Notes under the pieces: model-generated
The model's database searches: none
Seen by the model: the letters and a program-made list of their open reading frames with translations, nothing else
Told to the model about the DNA's origin: nothing
Origin: an uncultured Acidimicrobiia bacterium
GTDB taxonomy: Bacteria > Actinomycetota > Acidimicrobiia > IMCC26256 > JAENVU01
Assembly: GCA_963820025.1 (NCBI GenBank)
Contig: CAWFYL010000007.1
Span: 652,421 to 716,420 of the forward strand
Direction of reading: 5' to 3'
DNA length: 64,000 nucleotides
Made by a program: the position numbers and the translations under genes
Shown: positions 29,457-39,407 of the stretch, piece after piece
Layout of the letters: each line of letters begins with the position of its first letter
How positions within the stretch are numbered: position 1 is the stretch's first letter

Positions 29457-32429
29457 GTGCACCGCGTGTTCCTGAAGGCGCTCACACTGCGTGGGTTCAA
29501 GTCGTTCGCCGACAAGACCGTGCTCGAGTTCGAGCCCGGTGTCATGGTCGTCGTCGGGCCGAACGGGTCGGGGAAGTCGAACCTCGTCGACGCCGTGGCC
29601 TGGGTCCTCGGCGCGCAGGGACCGCGGACGCTGCGAGGCGGCAAGATGGACGATGTCATCTTCGCGGGGACGCCCGACCGTCCCGCGCTCGGTCGGGCCG
29701 AGGTGTCGCTCACGATCGACAACAGCTCGAACCTGCTGCCGATCGAGTTCTCCGAGGTGACGATCACCCGCACGTTGTTCCGCAACGGTGACTCCGAGTA
29801 CGCGATCAACGGAGCCCCGTGCCGGCTCCTCGACATCCAGGAGCTCCTCTCGGACACCGGCATCGGCCGCCAGCAGCACGTGATCGTCGGGCAGGGCCAG
29901 CTCGACGCGGTCCTCAACTCGCGGCCCGAGGACCGGCGTGCGGTCATCGAGGAGGCCGCCGGCGTCCTCAAGTACCGCAAGCGCCGCGAGCGGGCCGAGC
30001 GCCGGCTCGAGTCGACCGAGGGCAACCTGCTGCGGCTCAACGACCTGCTGCGCGAGGTGCGCCGCGGGCTCGCACCGCTGCAGAAGCAGGCCGACGCGGC
30101 GCGCCGCCACGACGGGCTCGTCGCCGAGCTGCGGGCGATCCGGCTGCACCTCGTCGGGCACGAGCTCGCGGGGTTGCAGGCGAAGACCGAGCGGTTGCGG
30201 GACCAGGCGACCGGGCTCGCCCGCAGCGAGGCGGTGGTCCAGGCCCGGCTGCGCGAGCTCGACGTCGCGGTGCTGGACGCCGAGCGGGCGCTGACCGACG
30301 CGGGCCACGGCGACGTCGCCGACGCGCTCGTGCGTGTCGAGTCGATGCGCGAGCGGGCACGGGGCCTGCAGGCGCTGCTCGCCGAGAAGCGCCGGGGGTT
30401 GGAGCGCGAGCTCGCGGCCGCGGCCGACGAAGGCGTCGTCGAGACGCTCGTCGCGGACGCGGGGGCGTTGCGCACCGAGCTCGCCGCGGTCGAAGCCGAC
30501 GCGGCACGTCTGGACGAGCGGCGACGCGAGGTCGAGCGCTCCGGCGTGGCGACGGACGCCGACGAGCTCGAGGAGATCGAGGCGGGGCTGGCTGCGGCCG
30601 AGCGGCACTGGCGCGAGTGCGAGAACGACGCCGGGCGCTGGCAGGCCCGCGCCGAGGCGCTCGCCCAGGCCCTCGACTCGGTGCGCGCCGAGATCGACGG
30701 TTCGGTGCTCGAGGGTGTCGAGGGCATCGCGGGCAGCCTGGTCGACCATCTGGAGATCGAGCCCGGCGCGGAAGCGGCCGTCGCCGCCGCGCTCGGCGAG
30801 GCGATGCACGCGATCGTCGTCGAAGGCGACGAGGCGGCGCGCGCCGCGGTGGACCGGCTCGTGGGCGGGGACACGCACGCGCTGCTGCTCGTGCTCGACA
30901 CGCGTGACGTGGCGGTCACCGCGGGCGCGACGCTCGCACCGTCGGGGGCGCGAGCGCTGGCGTCCTGCGTGCGCGCCCGCCGCCCGGGCATGCAGGCGAC
31001 CCTCGCTCGACTCCTCGCGGGCGTCGTGCTCGCCGACGGTGACTGGCGCGCCGCGGTGGACCTCGCGATCGAGAACCCCGACCTCACGGTGATGACGTCG
31101 TCGGGCGACCGCTTCGGCGGCCGGGGTCTGTGGCGCCTCGGTGGCGACCAGGTGTCGGGCATCACCCGCGCCGCGCTCGAGGAGGCCGAGGACCACGCCG
31201 GGCGCGCGGCCGAGGCGCGTACGGCGGCCGAGACCGCGGTCGCGTCGGCTCGCCTCGCGCGGGATGAGGCGCGCGGCCGGGTGAGCGCCGCGGCGGGGGT
31301 GCGCCGGGAGCTCGAGATGCGCACCGCGACGCTGGACGAGCGGCGCGACGTCCTGACCCGGCGGCTCGCCGGCGTCGAGGACCGGCTCGCGCGCGACCCC
31401 GAGGCGAAGGCCGCGGCCGAGCGGTACCGCAGCGCCCTGGTGGCCAAGGATCGGTCCTACGCCGAGGTCGCGGTCCGGCTCGACGAGCAGAGCGGACGCG
31501 TCGACGCGGTGCTCGAACGGCTCCGTGAGGAGCGACGGCGCCAGGCCGAACGGGCCAGCGCGGCCGGCGGTCAGCTCGAGGCGCTGCGGCGCGAGCGGGC
31601 CGAGCTCGAGCGCGAGCTCGCAGGCACGCGCGAGCGCCAGCAGCGGCGCGAAGTGGACGAGGCCGAGAACCGGATGCGGCTCGAGGCGGTCGTCGAGCGG
31701 ATCCGGACCGACTTCGACTGCGAGCCGGCGGCCGCGCTCGATGCGCCGGCTCCGGAGCCGGTGGAGGGCACGACGCTCGCCGGACACGCGCGCGACCTGG
31801 ACCGCGAGCTGCGCCTCATGGGACCGATCAACCCGCTCGCGCTCGAGGAGTACGACGCGCTGCTCGAACGGCACGACTTCCTGCAGCAGCAGCTCGAGGA
31901 CGTGAAGAACAGCCGCCGCGAGCTCCAGCGCGTGATCAGGGCGGTGGACAAGGAGATCGTCACCGTCTTCGAGACCGCGTTCGCCGACGTGCAGGAGAAC
32001 TTCGCCACGCTCTTCACGACGCTGTTCCCGGGCGGGTCGGGGCGGATCTTCCTCACCGACCCCGAGGATCTGCTGAACACCGGCATCGAGATGGAGGCGC
32101 GCCCGTCGGGGAAGAACACCCGGCGCCTCTCGCTGCTCTCGGGCGGCGAGCGCTCGCTGACCGCGATGGCGTTCCTCTTCGCGGTGTTCCGCGCCCGCCC
32201 GTCGCCCTTCTACCTGCTCGACGAGGTGGAGGCGGCGCTCGACGACGTGAACCTGCACCGGTTCCTCGACCTCGTGCACGAGTTCCGCACGGAGGCCCAG
32301 CTCGTGATCGTGTCGCACCAGAAGCGCACGATGGAGGCCGGTGACTGCCTCTACGGCGTCTCGATGGCGCCGGGCGCGTCGAGTCGCGTCGTCAGTCAGC
32401 GGATGCGAGGCGAGGTCGTCCTGAATTGA
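29457..32429 (+). CDS. smc: Chromosome segregation protein SMC (short-armed, 990 aa)
   Basis: LKALTLRGFKSFADKTVLEFEPGVMVVVGPNGSGKSN (Walker A). The hinge is around EGVEGIAGSLVDHLEIEPG. The C-terminal part has LSGGERSLTAMAFLFAVF and PFYLLDEVEAALD. Confidence 0.93.
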   Translation: MHRVFLKALTLRGFKSFADKTVLEFEPGVMVVVGPNGSGKSNLVDAVAWVLGAQGPRTLRGGKMDDVIFAGTPDRPALGRAEVSLTIDNSSNLLPIEFSEVTITRTLFRNGDSEYAINGAPCRLLDIQELLSDTGIGRQQHVIVGQGQLDAVLNSRPEDRRAVIEEAAGVLKYRKRRERAERRLESTEGNLLRLNDLLREVRRGLAPLQKQADAARRHDGLVAELRAIRLHLVGHELAGLQAKTERLRDQATGLARSEAVVQARLRELDVAVLDAERALTDAGHGDVADALVRVESMRERARGLQALLAEKRRGLERELAAAADEGVVETLVADAGALRTELAAVEADAARLDERRREVERSGVATDADELEEIEAGLAAAERHWRECENDAGRWQARAEALAQALDSVRAEIDGSVLEGVEGIAGSLVDHLEIEPGAEAAVAAALGEAMHAIVVEGDEAARAAVDRLVGGDTHALLLVLDTRDVAVTAGATLAPSGARALASCVRARRPGMQATLARLLAGVVLADGDWRAAVDLAIENPDLTVMTSSGDRFGGRGLWRLGGDQVSGITRAALEEAEDHAGRAAEARTAAETAVASARLARDEARGRVSAAAGVRRELEMRTATLDERRDVLTRRLAGVEDRLARDPEAKAAAERYRSALVAKDRSYAEVAVRLDEQSGRVDAVLERLREERRRQAERASAAGGQLEALRRERAELERELAGTRERQQRREVDEAENRMRLEAVVERIRTDFDCEPAAALDAPAPEPVEGTTLAGHARDLDRELRLMGPINPLALEEYDALLERHDFLQQQLEDVKNSRRELQRVIRAVDKEIVTVFETAFADVQENFATLFTTLFPGGSGRIFLTDPEDLLNTGIEMEARPSGKNTRRLSLLSGGERSLTAMAFLFAVFRARPSPFYLLDEVEAALDDVNLHRFLDLVHEFRTEAQLVIVSHQKRTMEAGDCLYGVSMAPGASSRVVSQRMRGEVVLN

Positions 32430-33451
32430 GCCTGCTGGCTGCCACGGCGGCCGAGCAGGCGGAGAAGATCGCGGCGTGCGGGCCGCCGGGCAAGCAGGCC
32501 TGGCTCTGCTCGACGGTCTACGACCTGACGAAGTCCCAGCGCGCGGCCGAGGTCGGCGACGACTTCGCGCTGCCGCTGCGCATCCTCGTCATCGTGGTGA
32601 TCGCGTACCTGCTGGTCCGCATCTCGCGCGTCCTGGTCCGGCGGGTCGTGCGCAAGATGCAGCAGGAGGGGACGGGCGAGAAGATCTCCAAGATCAAGCA
32701 CCGCACCGGCCTGGCCCTGCTCGACACGTCGCCGGTGCCCAGTGTTCGACGCGCCCTGCGCGCGGAGACGATCGGCGCGGTGCTGCGTTCGATCATCAGC
32801 GTGCTCATCTGGGCGACGGCGCTCATCATGATCCTCGACGAGCTCGGTGTGAACCTGGCCGCGATCGGCGTCGGGGCGAGCATCATCGGGGTCGCGCTCG
32901 GCTTCGGCGCGCAGGCGCTGGTGCGCGACTTCCTGTCCGGGACGTTCATGATCATCGAGGACCAGTACGGCGTCGGCGACGTGATCGACACCGGTGTCGC
33001 CACCGGCACGGTCGAGGGGGTGAGCCTGCGCACGACCCGGGTGCGCGACGCCGAGGGCACGGTGTGGCACGTACCCAACGGTGAGATGAAACGGGTGGGC
33101 AACAAGAGCCAGCAGTGGTCCCGGGTCATCCTCGACGTTGCCGTCGCCTACGACGCCGATCTCGAGCGCGCCAGCTACGTGATCCGGAGCGCGGCCGAGG
33201 CGACCGCGTCGGACCCGATGCTCGGGCCCCTGATCACCGAGGCCCCCGAGGTGTGGGGCATCGAGCAGGTCGAGGCGGACCACGTGCTGATCCGGCTCGC
33301 GGTGAGGACGCTGCCCCTCGAGCAGTGGAAGGTGGCGCGTGCGCTGCGGGCCCGCTTGAAGGCCGCGCTCGACGATGCCGGGATCGGCCCCGCGTCCGGG
33401 TCGGTGATCACCTATCGCGTCGAAGGCGGAGCCCCCGGGCGCGACCGTTAG
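32426..33451 (+). CDS. Mechanosensitive ion channel (MscS family)
   Basis: 341 aa. Sequence reads IIGVALGFGAQALVRDFLSGTFMIIEDQYGVGDVIDTG...GTVEGVSLRTTRVRDAEGTVWHVPNGE. The TTG start overlaps the smc stop. Confidence 0.88.
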   Translation: MSLLAATAAEQAEKIAACGPPGKQAWLCSTVYDLTKSQRAAEVGDDFALPLRILVIVVIAYLLVRISRVLVRRVVRKMQQEGTGEKISKIKHRTGLALLDTSPVPSVRRALRAETIGAVLRSIISVLIWATALIMILDELGVNLAAIGVGASIIGVALGFGAQALVRDFLSGTFMIIEDQYGVGDVIDTGVATGTVEGVSLRTTRVRDAEGTVWHVPNGEMKRVGNKSQQWSRVILDVAVAYDADLERASYVIRSAAEATASDPMLGPLITEAPEVWGIEQVEADHVLIRLAVRTLPLEQWKVARALRARLKAALDDAGIGPASGSVITYRVEGGAPGRDR

Positions 33452-33462
33452 CATCCCGCCCG

Positions 33463-34552
33463 ATGTCCGATCTGCTCGTCCTGCTCCTCATCCTCGTGCT
33501 CGCGGTCGTGCTGATCGCGGGTGGGCTGTTCCTCAGCCGCCGCAGCTCACGCGCCGCACCACCGGCGGCTGCGCCCGACCTGCAGGCGCCACCCGCGGCG
33601 GAGGCCGAACCTTCGGTCGAGGCGCAGGTCACGGCGCCCGAGCCGCCGGCGCCGGTCCGCGAGCGGCCGCGCCTGCGCGACCGGCTCGGCAAGACCCGCG
33701 CCGCGTTCAGCGGTGCGCTCACCCGTCGGGGCAAGGTCGATCCCGAGACCTGGGACGAGCTCGAGGAGGCGTTGCTCCTCGCCGACGTCGGGCTCCCGAC
33801 GACGCAGCGCATCCTGGAGGACGTCAAGGTGCGCGGCGGCGGCCGAGAAGGCGTCGGACTCGGACGCGGTCCTGGTGTTGCTCAAGCGCGAGCTGACGAT
33901 GCTGCTCGAGCCCGGTGACCGGGGGCTCGCGGTGACCGCGGGCGAGCCGAACGTCTGGATGTTCGTCGGCGTGAACGGCGTGGGGAAGACCACGACGATC
34001 GCGAAGCTCGCCCAGCGCGAGGTCGACGAAGGGCACAAGGTCGTGCTCGCCGCCGCGGACACGTTTCGCGCCGCGGCGGCGGACCAGCTCGGGCTCTGGG
34101 CCGAGCACGCCGGCGCGGACCTGGTCCGGGGTCAGGACGGCGCCGATCCCGGCTCCGTCGTCTTCGACGCGATGAGCGCGGCGTCCACCCGGGGCGCCGA
34201 CCTCGTCCTCGTCGACACCGCCGGCCGGTTGCACACCAAGGTCAACCTCATGGAGGAGCTGAAGAAGCTGCGTCGGATCGTCGACCGCACGCCCGGGGCG
34301 CTCAAAGAGGTGCTGCTCGTCGTCGACGCGACGACCGGGCAGAACGGCCTCGCCCAGGCGCGCCAGTTCGCCGATGCGGTCGAGGTGACCGGCGTCGTGC
34401 TCACCAAGCTCGACGGCACCGCGAAGGGCGGCATCGTGCTCGCGATCCAGGCCGAGATCGGGCTGCCGGTCAAGGTGGTCGGGGTCGGCGAGGGTGCGGA
34501 AGACCTGATCCTGTTCGACCCGGCCGAGTTCGTCGACGCGCTCTTCGACTGA
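33463..34552 (+). CDS. ftsY: Signal recognition particle receptor FtsY; one frame break in the sequence as given
   Basis: The N-terminal part (MSDLLVLLLILVLAVVLIAGG...LRDRLGKTRAAFSG...WDELEEALLLADVGLPTTQRILEDVKVR) is in the frame of ORF 33115..33918. The NG domain (AAAEKASDSDAVLVLLKRELT...GVNGVGKTTTIAKLA...DTAGRLH...TKLDGTAKGG) is in the frame of ORF 33521..34552. The junction is at ~33832-33842. Confidence 0.88.
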
Positions 34553-34594
34553 GCCGTACCGGCGCGGACCGCCGCCGGCCGTACACTCGCTCCG

Positions 34595-35941
34595 ATGTTC
34601 GACGCCCTGTCCGACCGATTCGACGGCATCTTCACGCGCCTGCGCAGCCGCGGCCGGCTGAGCGAGAAGGACGTCGACGAGGTCGCGCGCGAGATCCGCC
34701 TGGCGCTGCTCGAGGCCGACGTCAACGTCAAGGTGGTCAAGCAGTTCATCGCCCGGGTCAAGGAGCGCGCCAACGGCGCGGACGTGCAGAAGAGCCTCAG
34801 CCCGGGCCAGCAGGTCATCAAGATCGTGCACGAGGAGCTGGTCAACACCCTCGGCGGGGTGACGGGCAAGCTCGAGATGAGCTCGAAGCCCCCGACGGTC
34901 GTGATGCTCGCGGGGCTGCAGGGCTCGGGGAAGACGACCGCGGCGGGGAAGCTCGCGCGGATGCTGAAGAGCCAGGGGCTCGGCGTGCTGCTGGTCGCGG
35001 CCGACCTGCAGCGACCGGCCGCGGTCGAGCAGCTGCGCGTGCTCGGACGCCAGCTCGACCTGCCGGTGTGGTCCGCGCCGGACGACGGCCCGAAGGACCC
35101 GGTGGAGGTGGCGCGGACCTCGCTGCACGAGGCCGCACGCCTGGGCAAGAACCTGGTGATCGTCGACACCGCCGGGCGGCTCCAGGTCGACACCGAGCTG
35201 ATGGACGAGCTCCGGCACGTGCGCGACGCGGTCAAGCCGACGGACACGCTGCTCGTCGTCGACGCGATGACCGGTCAGGAGGCCGTCAACGTCGCGACCG
35301 CGTTCGACGAGTCGGTCGGGCTCGACGGCGTCATCCTCACCAAGATCGACGGCGACGCCCGCGGAGGAGCCGCGCTGTCGGTCAAGGATGTGGTCGGCAA
35401 GCCGATCCTCTTCGTCGGCACCGGCGAGAAGCTCGACGAGTTCGAGGCGTTCCACCCGGACCGGATGGCGAGCCGGATCCTCGGCATGGGCGACGTGCTC
35501 ACGCTCATCGAGAAGGCCGAGGCGACCTTCGACGAGAACGAGGCCAAGGTCGCCGAGGAGAAGCTCCGCAAGGGTCAGTTCACGCTCGAGGACTTCCTGG
35601 ACCAGATGCGTCAGGTGCGCAAGATGGGCCCGATCGGCAACCTCATGAAGATGATGCCGGGGATGCCCAAGGAGCTGCGCAAGGCCGAGATCGACGAGGG
35701 TGAGCTGGGCCGGGTCGAGGCCATCATCTGCTCGATGACCCCGGGCGAGCGGCGGGACCCGTCGGTCATCAACGGCTCCCGGCGGGTGCGGATCGCGAAG
35801 GGCAGCGGCACGACCACGCAGGAGGTCAACGCCATGCTCAAGCAGTTCAAGCAGGTCCAGCAGATGATGAAGTCCATGGCCGGCGGCAAGCGGATGCGCC
35901 TGCCGCCGGGCGGCATCGAGAGCCTGCAGAACCAGCTGTAG
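34595..35941 (+). CDS. ffh: Signal recognition particle protein Ffh
   Basis: 448 aa. Sequence reads MFDALSDRFDGIFTRLRSRGRLSEKDV...GLQGSGKTTAAGKLA...DTAGRLQ...TKIDGDARGGAALS, followed by an M domain. Confidence 0.95.
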   Translation: MFDALSDRFDGIFTRLRSRGRLSEKDVDEVAREIRLALLEADVNVKVVKQFIARVKERANGADVQKSLSPGQQVIKIVHEELVNTLGGVTGKLEMSSKPPTVVMLAGLQGSGKTTAAGKLARMLKSQGLGVLLVAADLQRPAAVEQLRVLGRQLDLPVWSAPDDGPKDPVEVARTSLHEAARLGKNLVIVDTAGRLQVDTELMDELRHVRDAVKPTDTLLVVDAMTGQEAVNVATAFDESVGLDGVILTKIDGDARGGAALSVKDVVGKPILFVGTGEKLDEFEAFHPDRMASRILGMGDVLTLIEKAEATFDENEAKVAEEKLRKGQFTLEDFLDQMRQVRKMGPIGNLMKMMPGMPKELRKAEIDEGELGRVEAIICSMTPGERRDPSVINGSRRVRIAKGSGTTTQEVNAMLKQFKQVQQMMKSMAGGKRMRLPPGGIESLQNQL

Positions 35942-36007
35942 GCGCTCGCCGTCCCGCTCCCGCTACCCTGGAGCGCTCCCCAGAGAACCCCGAGAGGAAC
36001 GTCACCG

Positions 36008-36482
36008 GTGTCCGTCAAGATCCGCCTCATGCGCATGGGCAAGACCAAGCAGCCCACGTATCGCGTCGTCGTCGCCGACGGCCGCTCGCCCCGAGATGGG
36101 CGCTACATCGAGATCCTCGGCCAGTACCGGCCCCGCGAGGAGCCGTCGTACTTCGGCGTCGACGACGAGAAGATCCTCGGCTGGCTGCGCCAGGGCGCGC
36201 AACCGACCGACCAGGTGCACAAGCTGCTCATCGGCGCGGGTATCTGGGAGCGCTACGAGACCGACCGCAAGGCGCAGTCCCGCGCCGCGCGCACCGCGGC
36301 CGCGAAGGCCAAGGGCGCGGCAGGCCGCACGCGCTGAGCGCGAGGCGACCGCGAAGGCGAATGCCGCGGCCGAGGCCAAGGCCGCGGCTGACGCGGCGGC
36401 CGCCGAGGCCACTGCCGCCGCGGACGCGGAAGCGGCGAGCGCGCCCGACGAGGCCGAGACCTCCGACGAGGCGTCCGCGTGA
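36008..36482 (+). CDS. rpsP: 30S ribosomal protein S16 with Ala-rich C-terminal tail; one frame break in the sequence as given
   Basis: MSVKIRLMRMGKTKQPTYRVVVADGRSPRDGRYIE... (ORF 36008..36337). The tail AEREATAKANAAAEAKAAADAAAAEATAAADAE... continues in the frame of ORF 36096..36482 and ends in a GTGA overlap with the KH gene. The junction is at ~36317-36323. Confidence 0.88.
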
Positions 36483-36787
36483 GCGACGACGCGTTGGACG
36501 ACGACTTCGACGACGACGAGGTCGCGGGCGAGGGCAACCGCGCGGTCGGCGTCCACGCCAAGGCGGTGGTCGAGCACGTGACCCGCGCGATCGCCGACGA
36601 GCCCGACGCGGTCGAGGTCGAGCTGGTCGAGCGGCGCGACGAGGTGGCGCTGCTCGTGCATGCGGACCCGAGCGACATGGGTCGGCTCATCGGCAAGCGC
36701 GGTCGGGTGATCCAGGCGCTGCGCCAGGTGACTCGCGCCGCGGGTGCCGCCGAGGGGATCAAGGTCTCCGTCGACGTCATCGAGTAG
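36479..36787 (+). CDS. KH-domain RNA-binding protein (YlqC-like)
   Basis: 102 aa with ...DMGRLIGKRGRVIQALRQV... (GxxG KH motif). It holds the canonical position between rpsP and rimM. Confidence 0.88.
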   Translation: MSDDALDDDFDDDEVAGEGNRAVGVHAKAVVEHVTRAIADEPDAVEVELVERRDEVALLVHADPSDMGRLIGKRGRVIQALRQVTRAAGAAEGIKVSVDVIE

Positions 36788-36794
36788 CGATCGC

Positions 36795-37280
36795 GTGGCC
36801 GGGCCGGATCGGCTCGAGGTCGGTCGCATCGGCCGGGCCCACGGCCTGCGCGGTGAGGTCGGTGTGGCGCTGGGCTCGGACCGCGTCGAGCGGCTCGACC
36901 CGGGCTCGGTGCTCTACGCCGGCGACCGCGAGCTCGTCGTACAGCAGTCCCGGCCGCACGCCGGTCGCTGGTTGGTGACGTTCGAGGGCGTGCACGACCG
37001 GACCGCGGCCGAGACGCTCCGGGGCCTGGTGCTCTGCGCCGAGGCGCGGGCGAGCGGCGGCGACGAGCTGTGGGTCCACGAGCTCATCGGCGCCGCGGTG
37101 CGCGACCGAGCGGGACACGAGCTGGGTCCCGTGGTGGCCGTCGAGGCGAACCCGGCCAGCGACCTGCTCGTCCTCGAGGGCGACGTCCTGGTCCCGATGA
37201 ACTTCATCGTCGAGCAGGGTCCGGGGTTCGTGGTGGTCGACCCGCCCGACGGCCTGCTCGACGTCAACCGGCGGGACTGA
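36795..37280 (+). CDS. rimM: Ribosome maturation factor RimM
   Basis: GTG at 36795 within ORF 36744..37280. Sequence reads LEVGRIGRAHGLRGEVGVAL...LVTFEGVHDRTAAETLRG...LIGAAV. Confidence 0.88.
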   Translation: MAGPDRLEVGRIGRAHGLRGEVGVALGSDRVERLDPGSVLYAGDRELVVQQSRPHAGRWLVTFEGVHDRTAAETLRGLVLCAEARASGGDELWVHELIGAAVRDRAGHELGPVVAVEANPASDLLVLEGDVLVPMNFIVEQGPGFVVVDPPDGLLDVNRRD

Positions 37281-37284
37281 CGGG

Positions 37285-38019
37285 ATGCGCATCGACGTCG
37301 TCACGATCTTCCCCGAGTACCTCGACCGCTCGCTCGGACTCTCCCTCCTCGGCCGCGCGCGCGAGCTGGGGTTGCTCGACCTGCGGTTCCACGATCCGCG
37401 CGAGCACGCGACCGACAAGCACCGCAGCGTGGACGACGTCCCGTTCGGCGGCGGCGCGGGCATGGTCATGACGCCCGAGCCGCTGTTCGCGACCGTCGAG
37501 GCGGTGGACCCGCCTCGACCACTGCTGCTCCTCGCCGCGGGCGGGCAGCTGTTCGACCAGGCCATGGCGCGCGACCTGGCGTCCCGGCCGGGCTTCTCGC
37601 TCGTGTGCGGCCGGTACGAGGGCGTCGACCAGCGGGTCGCGGACCACCTCTGCGACGGGGAGCTGAGCGTCGGCGACTTCGTGCTCGCGGGCGGGGAAGC
37701 CGCGGCGCTCGTCGTGATCGAGGCGGTGAGCCGGCTCGTGCCCGGCGTGCTCGGCAACGAGGACTCGGTGGCCGACGAGTCGTTCACCGACGGCCTCCTG
37801 GAGTACCCGCAGTACACGCGCCCGGCCGAGTTCCGGGGCTGGGCGGTACCCGAGGTGCTGCGCTCGGGCGACCACGGCCGGGTGGCCCGGTGGCGGCGGG
37901 CCGCGGCGCTCCGGCGGACCCTGGAGCGCCGTCCCGACCTGGTGGGCGGGCTCGAGGGCCTCGGCGCGGCTGACCGGGCCCTGCTCGACGAGTTCCCGCC
38001 CGAGCCCCCGGCTGGCTAA
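37285..38019 (+). CDS. trmD: tRNA (guanine37-N1)-methyltransferase
   Basis: 244 aa. Sequence reads [13 protein letters not shown]...[13 protein letters not shown]...[11 protein letters not shown]...[11 protein letters not shown]. Confidence 0.95.
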   Translation: MRIDVVTIFPEYLDRSLGLSLLGRARELGLLDLRFHDPREHATDKHRSVDDVPFGGGAGMVMTPEPLFATVEAVDPPRPLLLLAAGGQLFDQAMARDLASRPGFSLVCGRYEGVDQRVADHLCDGELSVGDFVLAGGEAAALVVIEAVSRLVPGVLGNEDSVADESFTDGLLEYPQYTRPAEFRGWAVPEVLRSGDHGRVARWRRAAALRRTLERRPDLVGGLEGLGAADRALLDEFPPEPPAG

Positions 38020-38092
38020 CATCAGTGCCCCGCACCGCGCCCGCGCGTCTCGCGCGGCGCCCGAACCACTCGATCCGAGGAACGCTCGCGCC

Positions 38093-38437
38093 ATGAACCC
38101 CACCGATCTGGTCGACCGCGCATCGCTCCGGGACGACATCCCGGCGTTCTCACCCGGCGACACCGTGAAGGTGCACGTCCGGGTGGTGGAGGGGAACCGG
38201 GAGCGGGTCCAGGTGTTCCAGGGGGCCGTCATCCGCCGGCAGGGCGCGGGGCTGCGCGAGACCTTCACCGTGCGCAAGGTCAGCTTCGGCGTCGGGGTCG
38301 AGCGGACGTTCCCGGTCCACTCGCCGATCATCGCGAAGATCGAGCGTCAGACCGTCGGGGACGTGCGCCGGGCGAAGCTGTACTACCAACGCGACCGTAT
38401 CGGGAAGGCCGCGAAGATCAAGGAGAAGCGGGCCTGA
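38093..38437 (+). CDS. rplS: 50S ribosomal protein L19
   Basis: 114 aa. Sequence reads [60 protein letters not shown]. Confidence 0.95.
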   Translation: MNPTDLVDRASLRDDIPAFSPGDTVKVHVRVVEGNRERVQVFQGAVIRRQGAGLRETFTVRKVSFGVGVERTFPVHSPIIAKIERQTVGDVRRAKLYYQRDRIGKAAKIKEKRA

Positions 38438-38491
38438 TCGCGGCTCGGCGCGACCTACACTGGGCCCGGTCGACACCGACTGGGGGTTGCG

Positions 38492-38785
38492 GTGAGCGCT
38501 GAGGATCTCGAGCGATACGAGACCGAGATCGAGCTCCAGCTGTACAAGGAGTACCGCGACGTCCTGCCGATGTTCGCGTACGTCGTCGAGACCGAACGGC
38601 GCTTCTACCTGACCAACGGCGTGAAGATGGAAGTCCGCAACGAGCAGGGCCGGGTGTACTTCGAGCTCGAGCTGCAGGACGCCTGGGTCTGGGACATGTA
38701 CCGGCCCGCCCGCTTCGTGGCGAACGTCCGCGTCGTGACGTTCAAGGACGTCAACATCGAGGAGCTCGCGGGCAAGGACCTGTGA
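38492..38785 (+). CDS. DUF2469 domain-containing protein
   Basis: 97 aa. MSAEDLERYETEIELQLYKEYRDVLPMFAYVVETERRFYLTN... is the typical actinobacterial DUF2469 sequence and position. Confidence 0.85.
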   Translation: MSAEDLERYETEIELQLYKEYRDVLPMFAYVVETERRFYLTNGVKMEVRNEQGRVYFELELQDAWVWDMYRPARFVANVRVVTFKDVNIEELAGKDL

Positions 38786-38789
38786 GCCG

Positions 38790-39167
38790 GTGCCGCGCGA
38801 CGCCAGTGCGCCGGACCCGCGCCGGGCGCTCGGGCAGCGGGGCGAGGATCTCGCCGCGCGGTGGTACGAGACCCGCGGCTACCAGATCCTCGACCGCAAC
38901 TGGCGCCGGCGCGAGGGCGAGCTCGACCTCATCCTCGGCCGGGGCCGGACGGTCGTGTTCTGCGAGGTCAAGACGCGCACGAGCGACCGGTTCGGCGCGC
39001 CCGTGGAGGCGATCACGCGGGTCAAGCAGCAGCGGATCCGTACCCTGGCGGCCCGCTGGCTCGCCGAGCACCGGCTCGGCGGGCGCGACCTGCGCTTCGA
39101 TGTCGCGTCGGTCATGGCCGCGCGCGGCACGGATCCCGTAATCGACGTGATCGAAGGCGCGTTCTAG
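38790..39167 (+). CDS. YraN family (UPF0102) endonuclease-like protein
   Basis: 125 aa. Sequence reads GEDLAARWYETRGYQILDRNWRRREGELDLIL..VVFCEVKTR. Confidence 0.88.
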   Translation: MPRDASAPDPRRALGQRGEDLAARWYETRGYQILDRNWRRREGELDLILGRGRTVVFCEVKTRTSDRFGAPVEAITRVKQQRIRTLAARWLAEHRLGGRDLRFDVASVMAARGTDPVIDVIEGAF

Positions 39168-39391
39168 CGCCCCGACCGCGGACGTTCGCGGCGACGCTGC
39201 TCCCGGAACCAGCACCCGGAGTGCCAGTGGCGCCGGAGCTCCGGCGCGAGCGTCGGCACCACCACCTCGTGACCGAGTCCGAGTGCGATCTCGTGGTCGC
39301 AGCCCGGGCACCGGTACACCTTCACCGCCTCGTACGGCTGCACGTGCCGGACCTCGACCGGGCCGTCGGGCTCGGTCCGGTACGGGCTCAT
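39164..39391 (-). CDS. Small conserved Cys/His protein (75 aa), zinc-ribbon-like
   Basis: These are the last 75 codons of ORF 39164..39697: MSPYRTEPDGPVEVRHVQPYEAVKVYRCPGCDHEIALGLGHEVVVPTLAPELRRHWHSGCWFRE.... The ATG is plus-strand cat at 39389-39391. Confidence 0.6.
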   Translation of the reverse strand: MSPYRTEPDGPVEVRHVQPYEAVKVYRCPGCDHEIALGLGHEVVVPTLAPELRRHWHSGCWFREQRRRERPRSGR

Positions 39392-39407
39392 CGCGGGCGG
39401 GCGCCGT

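Noticed and set aside
33825-33845. Programmed ribosomal frameshifting or other recoding as the explanation for the frame switches in ftsY, rpsP, whiG, murT and others.
   Set aside because: No slippery heptamers or downstream pseudoknots are evident. The shifts go in both directions and occur in unrelated genes with no known recoding. One gene (pckG) has three within 45 nt. Sequence error is far more parsimonious.
36340-36480. A GCC/GCG-rich tandem-like repeat that could be a VNTR or CRISPR-like array.
   Set aside because: It is the Ala/Glu-rich C-terminal tail of ribosomal protein S16 in a shifted frame (AAAEAKAAADAAAAEATAAADAEAAS). It is irregular at nucleotide level and has no repeat-spacer structure.
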